A DNA stretch of 34,794 nt from an uncultured Candidatus Saccharibacteria bacterium (GCA_964638875.1 CAZXBL010000005.1:1-34794); one strand, 5' to 3'. Numbered from the stretch's first letter, positions 7,696 through 16,593 are shown. The notes: a model not told the origin generated them from the letters alone. Numbers and translations are program-made.

Positions 7696-10600
7696 TTGGT
7701 GTCACCAGCAAAACGAAAAGACGAAACTGCACAGGAGTCCATTAAACCGGACTTTCTTGATGGCATCGACATTAGCCGCGAAGAAGCGGAGGAAATGGAG
7801 AACAATGCTTTCAATGGTGCTGCACGAGACATCGCTGACAAAGAAGCTCTTTCGAATACTGAGATAGCGAACGCCGAGACAGCTGGCGGACCAGGTGTTT
7901 CGACCGAAGGTGACAAGGCAGAGAGCGACAAAGTTGACGGCTTATATAACTCCAAAGATAAGGGAAAGAATCGCGGCCGCTTTAGTTCACTGTTAAGCAG
8001 TAGACGCAACAAGTTGATTGCTGGAGGAGTCGGTGGTGGAGGCGTAATCGGACTGGGCTTGCTTGGTTTGCTTTTCTTACCGCTTGGACCCAAGCACATG
8101 GTGACGAATCTCCAGCAGACATTTTTCGCCAACAGCGAAGAAGCTGCAGAGAAGGCAACAAATCGTTTATTATCTAGCTATATTATTTACAAAGTAATGC
8201 CTGGCCTTAGTGGCACCTGTCCGTCAACGAAAGCAAACAAAAGTTGTGCCAAGGTTAGCCAAGATGACAATATCGTTACACAATTGTATCGCTCTTGGAG
8301 GGATCAGAACCTAGAAGGCAAGATGTATGAAAAGCACGGAATTGAAATACGCCGTGAAGGTAATACCATGGTCATGCGCAGTGATCGGCTGCAAGAAGAT
8401 ATATTTAGAGGCGACTATAACGGCGGGAATGACGCAGAATTCGAACGCAAATTCTTCACAACGATGGACCGAAAAGAAGTTCGCAAGCAGATGCTTAACT
8501 CCATAGAGAACGAGACGTTTTACAAGCGTATGATGTACCGCTATAAATACGGCAGGTTAATGGAACGGAAATACGGAGTGGTCAGGTGCCTTATCGCCTG
8601 TGACTATCGCCAAGACAAGGCGGATCGTAAGGAACTCCGCAAAATGAAAATGAAAGCATGGGTTATACATCGAGTCGTTGGTCCGTTAAACGAAGGTTAC
8701 GGTATGGCGTTTGAGTGTGCTGTTGCTCAGTTCGATTGTGCTGCGGAGCATAACAATACTGTGGACGAGGACGGTACAAAGAAGACAAAGTTCGAAAACG
8801 ACCTAAGGGATAAGACAAAAGAGATTATTGGCGATGGGCGCATGACCCAAGAACGACTTGCGAAATTACAGACAGACGCCGGTGAAATCAGAGAGAACGG
8901 TATGGCAAACTTCCTACTGAAGAAGATCTTAGGTGAGGCGGGTGGTAAACTCGTTGGTAATGTAGTTCCTGGGCTTGGGTTAGCCGACGCTTTAGCCAAA
9001 CTGGTTGAAGGGGTAACTAAAGCAGGACCAGCAATAAAAACGATGCAGTACGCTATGGCAAGTGGGGCGGCAGTCAATGTCTGGACAATGTACCAGGCGA
9101 ATGCCAGTGAAGTAAATTCCGGAAATATTAATGTAGAAGAGCTGGGGTATGTTGCCGACTCTCTCGGTGATAACTTTGGTAAGGATCAAGGTGGCGGTGG
9201 GGCAGGATCAACTCCTTACTACCAAGACATCATGGGCAGCCAGGGTGTCTCCACGGCCTCCCTGTTCCCTAAGGCAGAGGCAGCTTCTCCCTTCAAGTGT
9301 GATGATGGGTCGTATATCACCACTGGTCTATGCCCGGAAATGAGCGTGTCTGCTGCCACCGGTGGTGCCGAAGCTGTGAAATCCTTCAGTGATTTTTTAA
9401 GGAAGTATCACCTCGATTCGATTGCTGCTATATGGAACTCTAGTATTGGAAAAATTTTCGATGCACTCAACAACCTTATTGGTATATTCACTGATCTTGC
9501 AGGTGATCTTGCAGGTGCACTAACACCTGATGCCATAAAAGATAAACTTGCAGATCTTGCCAAAGCAATAGGTGAATGGTTTACCGAGAAGCTCTTCGTT
9601 AGCTTCATAACAGACGATACCAGTGGTGGCAGGATGTTCGAGGCAGCCGCACTTGGTGCAAACATCGCTGGAAACGACTTTGCGCACTATGGGCTTGGGG
9701 CAGGCAAAATATCCGACCAGGCAGCAAACAGAGTTCGTTACGCCCGTGCCGTAGAGCAAAAGCAAGAGTTTATGGAGAAGTCGATGTTTGCGCGCATATT
9801 TGATACATCTAGCAGCTACTCTACCGCTTCTCAATTGGCTCTTGCTATGCCGTCAGGGGCAAGTTCAACAGCTCACTCTCTTTCATCAACACTTTTGAAT
9901 CCGGTAAGTATGATTTCATCAACACTGACTGGTTCTAGGAAGGTTAATGCCGCTCCTAAAGAAAACCTCGATTTGGCCGGAGTGACACAGTATGGATACG
10001 CAGAAAATGATCCAATCTTCAGTGTAACCGACTATGAAAAGTGGTGGACAGATAGCAATTGTGACGATGAGTCAGTGGTAACTGCTTGGGGTGAATCTGC
10101 AACGATGAGTAGTAAGAACGGCTCATTCGAGAATGACCAACCAAATCGCTGTAAGCTCATTGAAGCGATGTCTACTAGTAACTGTGGCTACACGAATGAC
10201 GAGTGTCTTACTCCAGAGGAGCTCGGTGATCAAGTAAATTCATATGGTGAAAACACTAATGGTGGTGTGGCACTACGTGCAGCATCATTTAACATTTTGC
10301 ACTCTCCTGATGGTAATGTAGAGGCTCGTTTGCGGAAATCTATCGACACGCTGCTTAACCCGCCCGGTGGTGGTGAACAGGTTGACGTTGTTGGGCTTCA
10401 GGAGGTCCGAAAGGACCAACTAGCTATGCTAAAGGCAAGTAACTTTGGCCAACAGTATAATATGTTCCCCAACACGCCAAACAACCGAGAGTATGAGCCG
10501 AACATAGTTGCTTGGCGAAAAGATAAATACACCGTCATAAAGGAAGCAACGATGAATGCTAGGTACTTCTTTGGAAATCCGGAGCAAATGCCAGTTGTAA

Positions 10601-11547
10601 AACTAAAAGAAAATTCAACAGATCGTGTACTCTATTTTGCCAGCATCCACAATCCCCGGTCTGGTGGAGATCCGTTTAGGGGTAATAATGAAGGTGTTCG
10701 TGACGATAACGCGCGTTTGTTCCAAGAATACTTTGCAAACCTTAAACAACAGGAGCCTGACACGCCGATGATCCTTGTAGGTGATTTTAACGCAGGCTAC
10801 CAGGCGGCCGATAAGCTTGAAGATGTGCCATATGGACGAAGATCATTTTGCATCCTAACTAATGGCATTTTCTGGGATGCGTGGCATGCATCGAAGAAAA
10901 TTGATGGCAAGTGTCCTAAACGAAGTACGGTTAATTTCATCGACCATATCTTTATTGATCGAGACACGCAGGTATCCAAGTTCTTTACTGCCCCACGGGG
11001 CATAGATAAAAATGGGTCAGACCACCCGACAATCTTTGCGGACCTAACTGGCCCTGATCTTACGGGAAGTGATGGTTGGTCATGGCCACTGAAATCAAGC
11101 GTCACCAGTGGCCCGTGCTATGGTGTGGAAGTTAAGGATCTCGGTAAGCATGCTGGCATGGATATGAATACATCGAAGGGTGACAACCCCGTGCTAGCAA
11201 TACACTCTGGTAAAGTCGTAAGGGTAGGCGCAGATCCGTACGCAGGAAACTACATCACAATTCTTGCTGACGCCCCGTTCAACAACAAACGTGTCTACTA
11301 TTCATACGAGCACCTAAAGTCAGGCACTATAAAATTCGCCGAAGGCGACCGTGTATTGGGCGGTGAGAAGGTGGCTATTGCGGGAACATCGGGCAGATTC
11401 TTTGGATCGTCATTAGGTCATTTGCATATCGTCACCGCTACAACAAATAGCCTGGGTGGGTATGGCAGCCTCGGAACTACATTTAACCCGATGGATGTAT
11501 TGAAAAACGCAGGGCCTGCTCCGGAAGGTTACAAGTGCACGCAGTAA
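7696..11547 (+). CDS. 1283-aa bitopic T4SS-associated multi-domain protein: cytoplasmic charged N-terminus, one TM, about 700-aa unknown ectodomain, EEP (endonuclease/exonuclease/phosphatase) domain, C-terminal M23 peptidase
   Basis: The TM segment is GGVGGGGVIGLGLLGLLFLPLG. EEP motifs are RAASFNILHS, VVGLQEV, ILVGDFNAGY and NGSDHPTIFADL (about nt 10270-11045). M23 motifs are HAGMDM (HxxxD) and GHLHIV (HxH) (about nt 11090-11470). TATAAT lies at 7673-7678 and AAGAGGA lies upstream of the TTG 7696 / GTG 7699 start. Confidence 0.85.
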   Translation: MVSPAKRKDETAQESIKPDFLDGIDISREEAEEMENNAFNGAARDIADKEALSNTEIANAETAGGPGVSTEGDKAESDKVDGLYNSKDKGKNRGRFSSLLSSRRNKLIAGGVGGGGVIGLGLLGLLFLPLGPKHMVTNLQQTFFANSEEAAEKATNRLLSSYIIYKVMPGLSGTCPSTKANKSCAKVSQDDNIVTQLYRSWRDQNLEGKMYEKHGIEIRREGNTMVMRSDRLQEDIFRGDYNGGNDAEFERKFFTTMDRKEVRKQMLNSIENETFYKRMMYRYKYGRLMERKYGVVRCLIACDYRQDKADRKELRKMKMKAWVIHRVVGPLNEGYGMAFECAVAQFDCAAEHNNTVDEDGTKKTKFENDLRDKTKEIIGDGRMTQERLAKLQTDAGEIRENGMANFLLKKILGEAGGKLVGNVVPGLGLADALAKLVEGVTKAGPAIKTMQYAMASGAAVNVWTMYQANASEVNSGNINVEELGYVADSLGDNFGKDQGGGGAGSTPYYQDIMGSQGVSTASLFPKAEAASPFKCDDGSYITTGLCPEMSVSAATGGAEAVKSFSDFLRKYHLDSIAAIWNSSIGKIFDALNNLIGIFTDLAGDLAGALTPDAIKDKLADLAKAIGEWFTEKLFVSFITDDTSGGRMFEAAALGANIAGNDFAHYGLGAGKISDQAANRVRYARAVEQKQEFMEKSMFARIFDTSSSYSTASQLALAMPSGASSTAHSLSSTLLNPVSMISSTLTGSRKVNAAPKENLDLAGVTQYGYAENDPIFSVTDYEKWWTDSNCDDESVVTAWGESATMSSKNGSFENDQPNRCKLIEAMSTSNCGYTNDECLTPEELGDQVNSYGENTNGGVALRAASFNILHSPDGNVEARLRKSIDTLLNPPGGGEQVDVVGLQEVRKDQLAMLKASNFGQQYNMFPNTPNNREYEPNIVAWRKDKYTVIKEATMNARYFFGNPEQMPVVKLKENSTDRVLYFASIHNPRSGGDPFRGNNEGVRDDNARLFQEYFANLKQQEPDTPMILVGDFNAGYQAADKLEDVPYGRRSFCILTNGIFWDAWHASKKIDGKCPKRSTVNFIDHIFIDRDTQVSKFFTAPRGIDKNGSDHPTIFADLTGPDLTGSDGWSWPLKSSVTSGPCYGVEVKDLGKHAGMDMNTSKGDNPVLAIHSGKVVRVGADPYAGNYITILADAPFNNKRVYYSYEHLKSGTIKFAEGDRVLGGEKVAIAGTSGRFFGSSLGHLHIVTATTNSLGGYGSLGTTFNPMDVLKNAGPAPEGYKCTQ

Positions 11548-13739
11548 TGAGTTTGTTACAAAATTATTATAAACGCTTTGTAAAAACCATGCGGCTGGCC
11601 CTGATAGGGGCCTTGGTTATCAGCGTCTCTATACCCCAAGCAGTATACGCATTACCGCAATCAGAAAAAGAACAAATCGATGAAAACTCTGTCGACTACG
11701 TTAAGGGAGGGGTATGTGCGCCCGCAGACTCGTCTGCCAGCGCTACCGGCGGAACAGTTGGCAGCTACACAAATCCCGTGTACGACGGAGTGGGTCAAGG
11801 CCCTACGGTCATATTGGGCGATGATGGCATATATCATGTCTATCTCACTAGCGATGACAAAAACCCCTTTAAGCATTTAAAGTCAAAGAACCTCGTGGAC
11901 TGGGACCTGGTGTCGCGGGACACAATATCAAACCTCAACGATATTCCAAAAGATCTACGCAATGTAATGTGGGCGCCCGATGTTGCCAAGACTGGCGATC
12001 ACTATACTATGGTGTTTACTGGCGGCTCTAAGGGGGGCAACGAAGGCGTGAGGTATATTGGCTACGCCACTAGCAATGATGCCGCCGGGCCTTTTAAGTA
12101 TCGTGGGCGTCTCACAGAACCTCAAGATCCAGGCGGCCGCGTACTGGACCCGCACTTATTTCTCGAAGGCGATAAAATATATGTAACGCATGGGTCATCT
12201 CCGATCGCGATATCAGAGATAAATATGCAGACAGACGGAAAGATGTCGATTGTCGGATCGAGTAAAGAGTTGGTGCTCCGTGGCACCTGGGCAGGACATC
12301 CATCAACCATCGAACAATCTTGGCTGCATAAGATTGGTGGGTGGTACTACATGTTTTATTCGGCTGGGCACTATAGGGATCGTGATGGCCACCAAGAATA
12401 TTCAGTTCGCGTTGCAAGATCTAAAAATCTAATGGGACCCTACAATCCCGAGGATCACTCAAGGATTGTGCTTCAAAGCAAAGATCCATTCGATGCTCCT
12501 GGGGCATCCACAATTATCCAAGACGGCTCTGGCACTTACTGGATGATATATAACGCCTTTAAGGGAGGTGAACGGCGGTTGATGCTAGATAAACTGAACT
12601 TTGAGAATGGTTGGCCAGTTGCAAATAATGGATATCCTTCGTCGACAAAACAAGACGGTGGTGGCGACTCGGGTGATGCCCCAGCCAGGGCAAGCATCGA
12701 CGCCTGCTGCGCCACCTCAGGTGCCGACATTTCGGATCCCACAGCAAACACCACAGGTGCTCAAGGATCAACTGCTAAAGAGGTTTTTGTATTTCTGATT
12801 GGCAAAGGTTTGACCGCGAAGCAAGCCGCTGGAATAGTAGGTAACCTTATGTCGGAGTCCGGGGTAGGGAAAACAAAGTTTGATCTTGACCCTAAGGTCA
12901 CAAACGGAATAGGTGCCTATGGTATCGCCCAGTGGTTATACGAGCGTAAGACGGCCTTACAGAAAAAAGCTAATTATGACACACTGCAAGTACAAATGGA
13001 CTTCATGTGGCACGAACTAACCACGGGTTATAAAGCCAGCACCTTAACACCGATTAAAGCCAGCACGGAATATATAGGTCCGAACGGTTCAGTACGTATA
13101 TTCCTTGAGAACTACGAGATTCCCTGTACAGCCGGATCCGACTGTGACAGCTTTTATAACACCAGAAAGGGCTATGCAGACCAAGCATACGCCGCTTTCA
13201 AAGATCTTGGACCAGATGATGTAGGTAGTACATTAGGTGGTGGTTGCAGTGGAAGTAGTGATGCGTATATTGACGCAAGTGGCTTCGCCTGGCCCCTCGT
13301 AATGCCAAAAAATAAAATATCAAATGGCTGTCCTTGGCCTACCCGTACTTCCCCCCCTTATTGTCACCACGATGGCACTCCCGCGTTTGACCTATTCGCA
13401 CCCGTTGGGACAAAAGCGGTTGCAATAACTGACGGTACTATCGACAGCATAAATCCTTATCGTAGCACCGGTTGTCAATCTATTCAGTTCAAGAGTAATG
13501 ACGGCTGGTACTACTGGTACGGACACACTAGAACGGATAGCGAGACTCCGGCTATTGGTGCTCCGTTAAAAGCTGGTGACTATATATCCAAGGTTGGAGA
13601 AAGTGTGTGTGCCTTAAATACTTCTCCCCACCTCCACATTGACAGAGGATTCCCTAAGGGGACGCGAGGAGGGGACGACCCTAGCCGTGATCCTGATTTC
13701 CTCAAGATTATGAACGAACTGTATAAGAACATGGAGTAG
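11547..13739 (+). CDS. Secreted triple hydrolase: GH43 beta-propeller + phage-tail-type lysozyme domain + M23-like metallopeptidase
   Basis: The signal peptide is MRLALIGALVISVSIPQAVYA. GH43 blocks are NPVYDG..GPTVILGDDGIYHVY, WAPDV, VLDPHLFLEGDKIYV, EQSWLHKIGGWYYMFYSAG and RRLMLDKLNFENGWPV. The lysozyme block is AAGIVGNLMSESG...YGIAQW. The M23-like block is PAFDLFAPVGTKAVAITDGTI...SPHLHID. The preferred start is ATG 11547, overlapping the upstream TAA. GTG 11535 and ATG 11589 are alternatives. Confidence 0.85.
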   Translation: MSLLQNYYKRFVKTMRLALIGALVISVSIPQAVYALPQSEKEQIDENSVDYVKGGVCAPADSSASATGGTVGSYTNPVYDGVGQGPTVILGDDGIYHVYLTSDDKNPFKHLKSKNLVDWDLVSRDTISNLNDIPKDLRNVMWAPDVAKTGDHYTMVFTGGSKGGNEGVRYIGYATSNDAAGPFKYRGRLTEPQDPGGRVLDPHLFLEGDKIYVTHGSSPIAISEINMQTDGKMSIVGSSKELVLRGTWAGHPSTIEQSWLHKIGGWYYMFYSAGHYRDRDGHQEYSVRVARSKNLMGPYNPEDHSRIVLQSKDPFDAPGASTIIQDGSGTYWMIYNAFKGGERRLMLDKLNFENGWPVANNGYPSSTKQDGGGDSGDAPARASIDACCATSGADISDPTANTTGAQGSTAKEVFVFLIGKGLTAKQAAGIVGNLMSESGVGKTKFDLDPKVTNGIGAYGIAQWLYERKTALQKKANYDTLQVQMDFMWHELTTGYKASTLTPIKASTEYIGPNGSVRIFLENYEIPCTAGSDCDSFYNTRKGYADQAYAAFKDLGPDDVGSTLGGGCSGSSDAYIDASGFAWPLVMPKNKISNGCPWPTRTSPPYCHHDGTPAFDLFAPVGTKAVAITDGTIDSINPYRSTGCQSIQFKSNDGWYYWYGHTRTDSETPAIGAPLKAGDYISKVGESVCALNTSPHLHIDRGFPKGTRGGDDPSRDPDFLKIMNELYKNME

Positions 13740-13744
13740 GGCCT

Positions 13745-14176
13745 GTGCAATTGAGTAGTAAAGAAAAATTAAGAATTATTTTGGCAGGGGCATTTATTTT
13801 AATTGCCTTGGTTTTTTTAGTATTACTAACCAGGTTCAATTCTGGAATTGGAGCCCCTGGGACAAAAGAAGATCATGGTCATGCACATACTTCAGAGGAA
13901 AAATCGCAGCTTGAGATTCGTGAAAAAGATAAGCTTGTTGAGTTCACCGGAAAGTCGATCGCTAATACGGTTGCCTCACAGTTATACGCTGAACATTACA
14001 AGAGGGGTGCGAAGCTAGAGCGGGAGGCGGGGCTTACAGAGTTCAAGCAATCCGGAGGTAAGTCAGCTGATATATCTGTTCGCTTTGAGCCATCCGGTGA
14101 TCTAATTTCTGCTAGGATAACTATCAACAACAAGGCTACAAATGATTTTGACCTGGATATCAAGGAGGCCAAGTAA
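13745..14176 (+). CDS. Small N-terminally anchored protein of unknown function at the end of the T4SS-like block
   Basis: It has a GTG start, one TM helix (LRIILAGAFILIALVFLVLL) and an ectodomain of about 100 aa. The stop overlaps the next ATG (TAATG at 14174-14178). Confidence 0.6.
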   Translation: MQLSSKEKLRIILAGAFILIALVFLVLLTRFNSGIGAPGTKEDHGHAHTSEEKSQLEIREKDKLVEFTGKSIANTVASQLYAEHYKRGAKLEREAGLTEFKQSGGKSADISVRFEPSGDLISARITINNKATNDFDLDIKEAK

Positions 14177-15525
14177 TGAACTCAGGGCCTTATACAAAAG
14201 TAATAAACTATTTCTTGCTGTTGGCTGCGTTTATAATGTGCATCTCGCTGGTAATGTACGGATATGCAGTCACTAAAACACCAAGACTAAACGTATCCAA
14301 CACACTTAGTAATAACATGTTTTTTATCGACAAGTTATCTGATGCCGAAATTCGGTACTATAACGGCAACACTTTTGTGGCCATGAATCCTACCACTAGA
14401 AAAACCGGGCTGTTATCGCAATACCGTATGCTCCCAGATGTAAATCAGGTTTTTTGGTTAACCAACGGGGTAGTGTTCGCTACGACCGAAGTAAGCACGT
14501 TTAGCGAACTTAATCCTATTCTTCAGAATGAGCTTGTTAATAACCCTGGTAGCCGAGCAGGTGACACCCCCACATATTGGTATCTTTCATTCCAGGATCA
14601 GCTCATTAGACCTATTAGCAACGATGTGGTTCAGCCAGCAAGCTTCGGTGTATTAGCAAGTGACGGATCATTCGTTTTTAAAGATGGCCCTGAAGGCTCA
14701 TACTCAATACTCAAAGAAAACGGTGAGGTGATCCTTGGTGCTGTTAACGTAGAGGGTGACTCAAAACCTCTCTTTGCTACCGACAAAAAGTTAATTTACA
14801 CATCTCAGGTAGAGGAGCGCTCAAGTAATCGAGAATCAGAAAGTGTGGTTTCGCTAAAGTCCGCGGAATTTTACAAAGAGGATAGTAAGACAATAGTTGA
14901 CGACTTGTTCGAAGACAAAACTAGCACGGTATTTGGGGAAATCACTTCCATAGACGAAACACGTTACCTAATCAACAGAGCTGTAAAAAGGGATAAACCG
15001 GGTGGTGGTGATTTGTACATTTACGATACAAAATCAAAGAAGAGTAATCGAATAATTAAGGACTTTGAAGGTGTTGTCAGTAAGAACTCTTCGGGTGTAG
15101 TCGCTGTAAAACAGGGTCGTAAATTTAATGTTGTGCACCGTGTCGAAAGCGACGGCGTAAAAGATCGTGCCCGGTTTGAGCGAGAAGAGCACCAGACGGT
15201 AGCAAGCACTACCCACTTTGATGGGGGTTATATTCTTTCAAGTGGGAATGGTAAATCTTTCTTTATACATAAAGATGGAGTTAAGACAGACTTGCTTGGA
15301 AAGGACGCTTACGGCGGAGCTTTGGAGAAAGAAATCCAGAGGCTACCTAATAACAACAGACTACTCCGAGACATTGAGTCACCTTATGACACCAGCTACA
15401 CCTTACAATTCAATGGTAAATCTAGAGATGCACTCGGCACATTGCAAGCAGCGATTAGTAGCAAGGGCTACGACCCCAATCAATTTATTATCACACTTAC
15501 CCCTGGGAGAAGTGTTGAGTACTAG
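14176..15525 (+). CDS. N-terminally anchored 449-aa extracytoplasmic protein of unknown function (beta-rich by composition)
   Basis: The TM helix is NYFLLLAAFIMCISLVMYGYAV. The ORF is long and uninterrupted and is translationally coupled to the upstream ORF. No motif was recognised. Confidence 0.65.
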   Translation: MNSGPYTKVINYFLLLAAFIMCISLVMYGYAVTKTPRLNVSNTLSNNMFFIDKLSDAEIRYYNGNTFVAMNPTTRKTGLLSQYRMLPDVNQVFWLTNGVVFATTEVSTFSELNPILQNELVNNPGSRAGDTPTYWYLSFQDQLIRPISNDVVQPASFGVLASDGSFVFKDGPEGSYSILKENGEVILGAVNVEGDSKPLFATDKKLIYTSQVEERSSNRESESVVSLKSAEFYKEDSKTIVDDLFEDKTSTVFGEITSIDETRYLINRAVKRDKPGGGDLYIYDTKSKKSNRIIKDFEGVVSKNSSGVVAVKQGRKFNVVHRVESDGVKDRARFEREEHQTVASTTHFDGGYILSSGNGKSFFIHKDGVKTDLLGKDAYGGALEKEIQRLPNNNRLLRDIESPYDTSYTLQFNGKSRDALGTLQAAISSKGYDPNQFIITLTPGRSVEY

Positions 15526-16580
15526 TTGGTAAGAATGACGTGGGTTTTGTCGAGGAAGTATTCTACGACTACGTCGGCATCTGTGGTGGTTATGAAGGTC
15601 TGGTAGTCTTGTAGAACTTCTGTGAGTGCCTTGCGGCGGGCACCATCAAGCTCGCTGAAGACGTCGTCTAGTAATAGTATGGGCTTCTTGCCGCGAGCTT
15701 CCTCAACAATGCGCATTTCGACCGTTTTGAGGGCTAGTAACATTGTCCTGGTTTCCCCGCGTGATGCTGCCTCGTGCAATAATTTACCTTTCAAAATAAT
15801 CCGCATGTCATCGCGGTGGGGGCCATAGGTTGTGAAACCACGCTCAAAATCCTGTTTGGTACTTTGTTCTAATTTATGCAGCATATCAGAACTGTATTGG
15901 TCTGTTTGGCATCCGCTAACGTAAGCCACGGTGACTTCCGCGTCTGCACGCGAGATATCCTGGTATAACTGCTGGACTTGCCCACTAATCTTTGCAACTA
16001 GCTTCATTCGGTGCTCAGCGATTTGACCACCCAGTTGGCTTAAGCGAATGTTCCATGCGAACAACTGTGAAGCACCAATTTCTGCGCCTAGTTTTAGTAG
16101 TCTGTTCCTTTGCGCCAGGGCACGGCGGTACTGAACTCGCAGTGTTGCGAAACCCGGTGTGAATTGCTCCAGAATCCCGTCCAGGTAATCACGACGGAGG
16201 TCAGGGGAACTAGCAAGTAGTTGCAGATGATTGGGCTCAAACAACACCACCGGTATTTGCTTCTGTAGGCTAAGGCGTTTCAGTGGCTGGTCACTAATAA
16301 CGTACTCTTTTTTTATGCTTCCGTTTGGTTCACTTATCAGTTTAACTGTGCGGGTGCCCTCTGGTGTACCGACATCAATTCGCGCCCATGGTTGCTCAAA
16401 CTGCACCAGCTCAGCGTCTTTAACCCTATATGAACTACCGAGGCAATTCACCAAAATGGATTCAAGCAAGTTCGTCTTACCACTGGCGTTAGGGCCAACG
16501 ATAATATTCACACCAGGATCTATCTCGAAGGAGCTGTCCTGGTACGAACGGAAATTTTGTAACCTAATATCAGTAATCAT
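15522..16580 (-). CDS. recF: DNA replication and repair protein RecF
   Basis: MITDIRLQNFRSY. Walker A is GPNASGKTNLLE. Walker B is ILLLDDVFSELD. It is located downstream of dnaN. Confidence 0.93.
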   Translation of the reverse strand: MITDIRLQNFRSYQDSSFEIDPGVNIIVGPNASGKTNLLESILVNCLGSSYRVKDAELVQFEQPWARIDVGTPEGTRTVKLISEPNGSIKKEYVISDQPLKRLSLQKQIPVVLFEPNHLQLLASSPDLRRDYLDGILEQFTPGFATLRVQYRRALAQRNRLLKLGAEIGASQLFAWNIRLSQLGGQIAEHRMKLVAKISGQVQQLYQDISRADAEVTVAYVSGCQTDQYSSDMLHKLEQSTKQDFERGFTTYGPHRDDMRIILKGKLLHEAASRGETRTMLLALKTVEMRIVEEARGKKPILLLDDVFSELDGARRKALTEVLQDYQTFITTTDADVVVEYFLDKTHVILTN

Positions 16581-16593
16581 TACCTATAGTGTA

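Noticed and set aside
7629-8132. 167-aa minus-strand ORF overlapping the 5' end of the 1283-aa gene. The same applies to 324-866, 8727-9077, 9408-9834, 10797-11105 and other antisense ORFs in the track.
   Set aside because: Each is fully embedded antisense in long ORFs with clear domain signatures. Their translations are low-complexity (Pro/Ser/Ala-rich) with no motifs.
11535-11546. GTG 11535 as the start of the GH43-lysozyme-M23 gene, overlapping the upstream gene by 13 nt.
   Set aside because: ATG 11547 forms the same TAATG coupling seen at three other junctions of the block. The signal peptide begins only at MRLALIG, so the first codons are dispensable either way.
1-15525. Annotating the T4SS-like block as an integrated conjugative element or mobile element.
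   Set aside because: No integrase, relaxase, coupling protein, replication or partition genes and no flanking direct repeats are visible. One boundary abuts core replication genes. The other boundary lies outside the window, so mobility cannot be supported.
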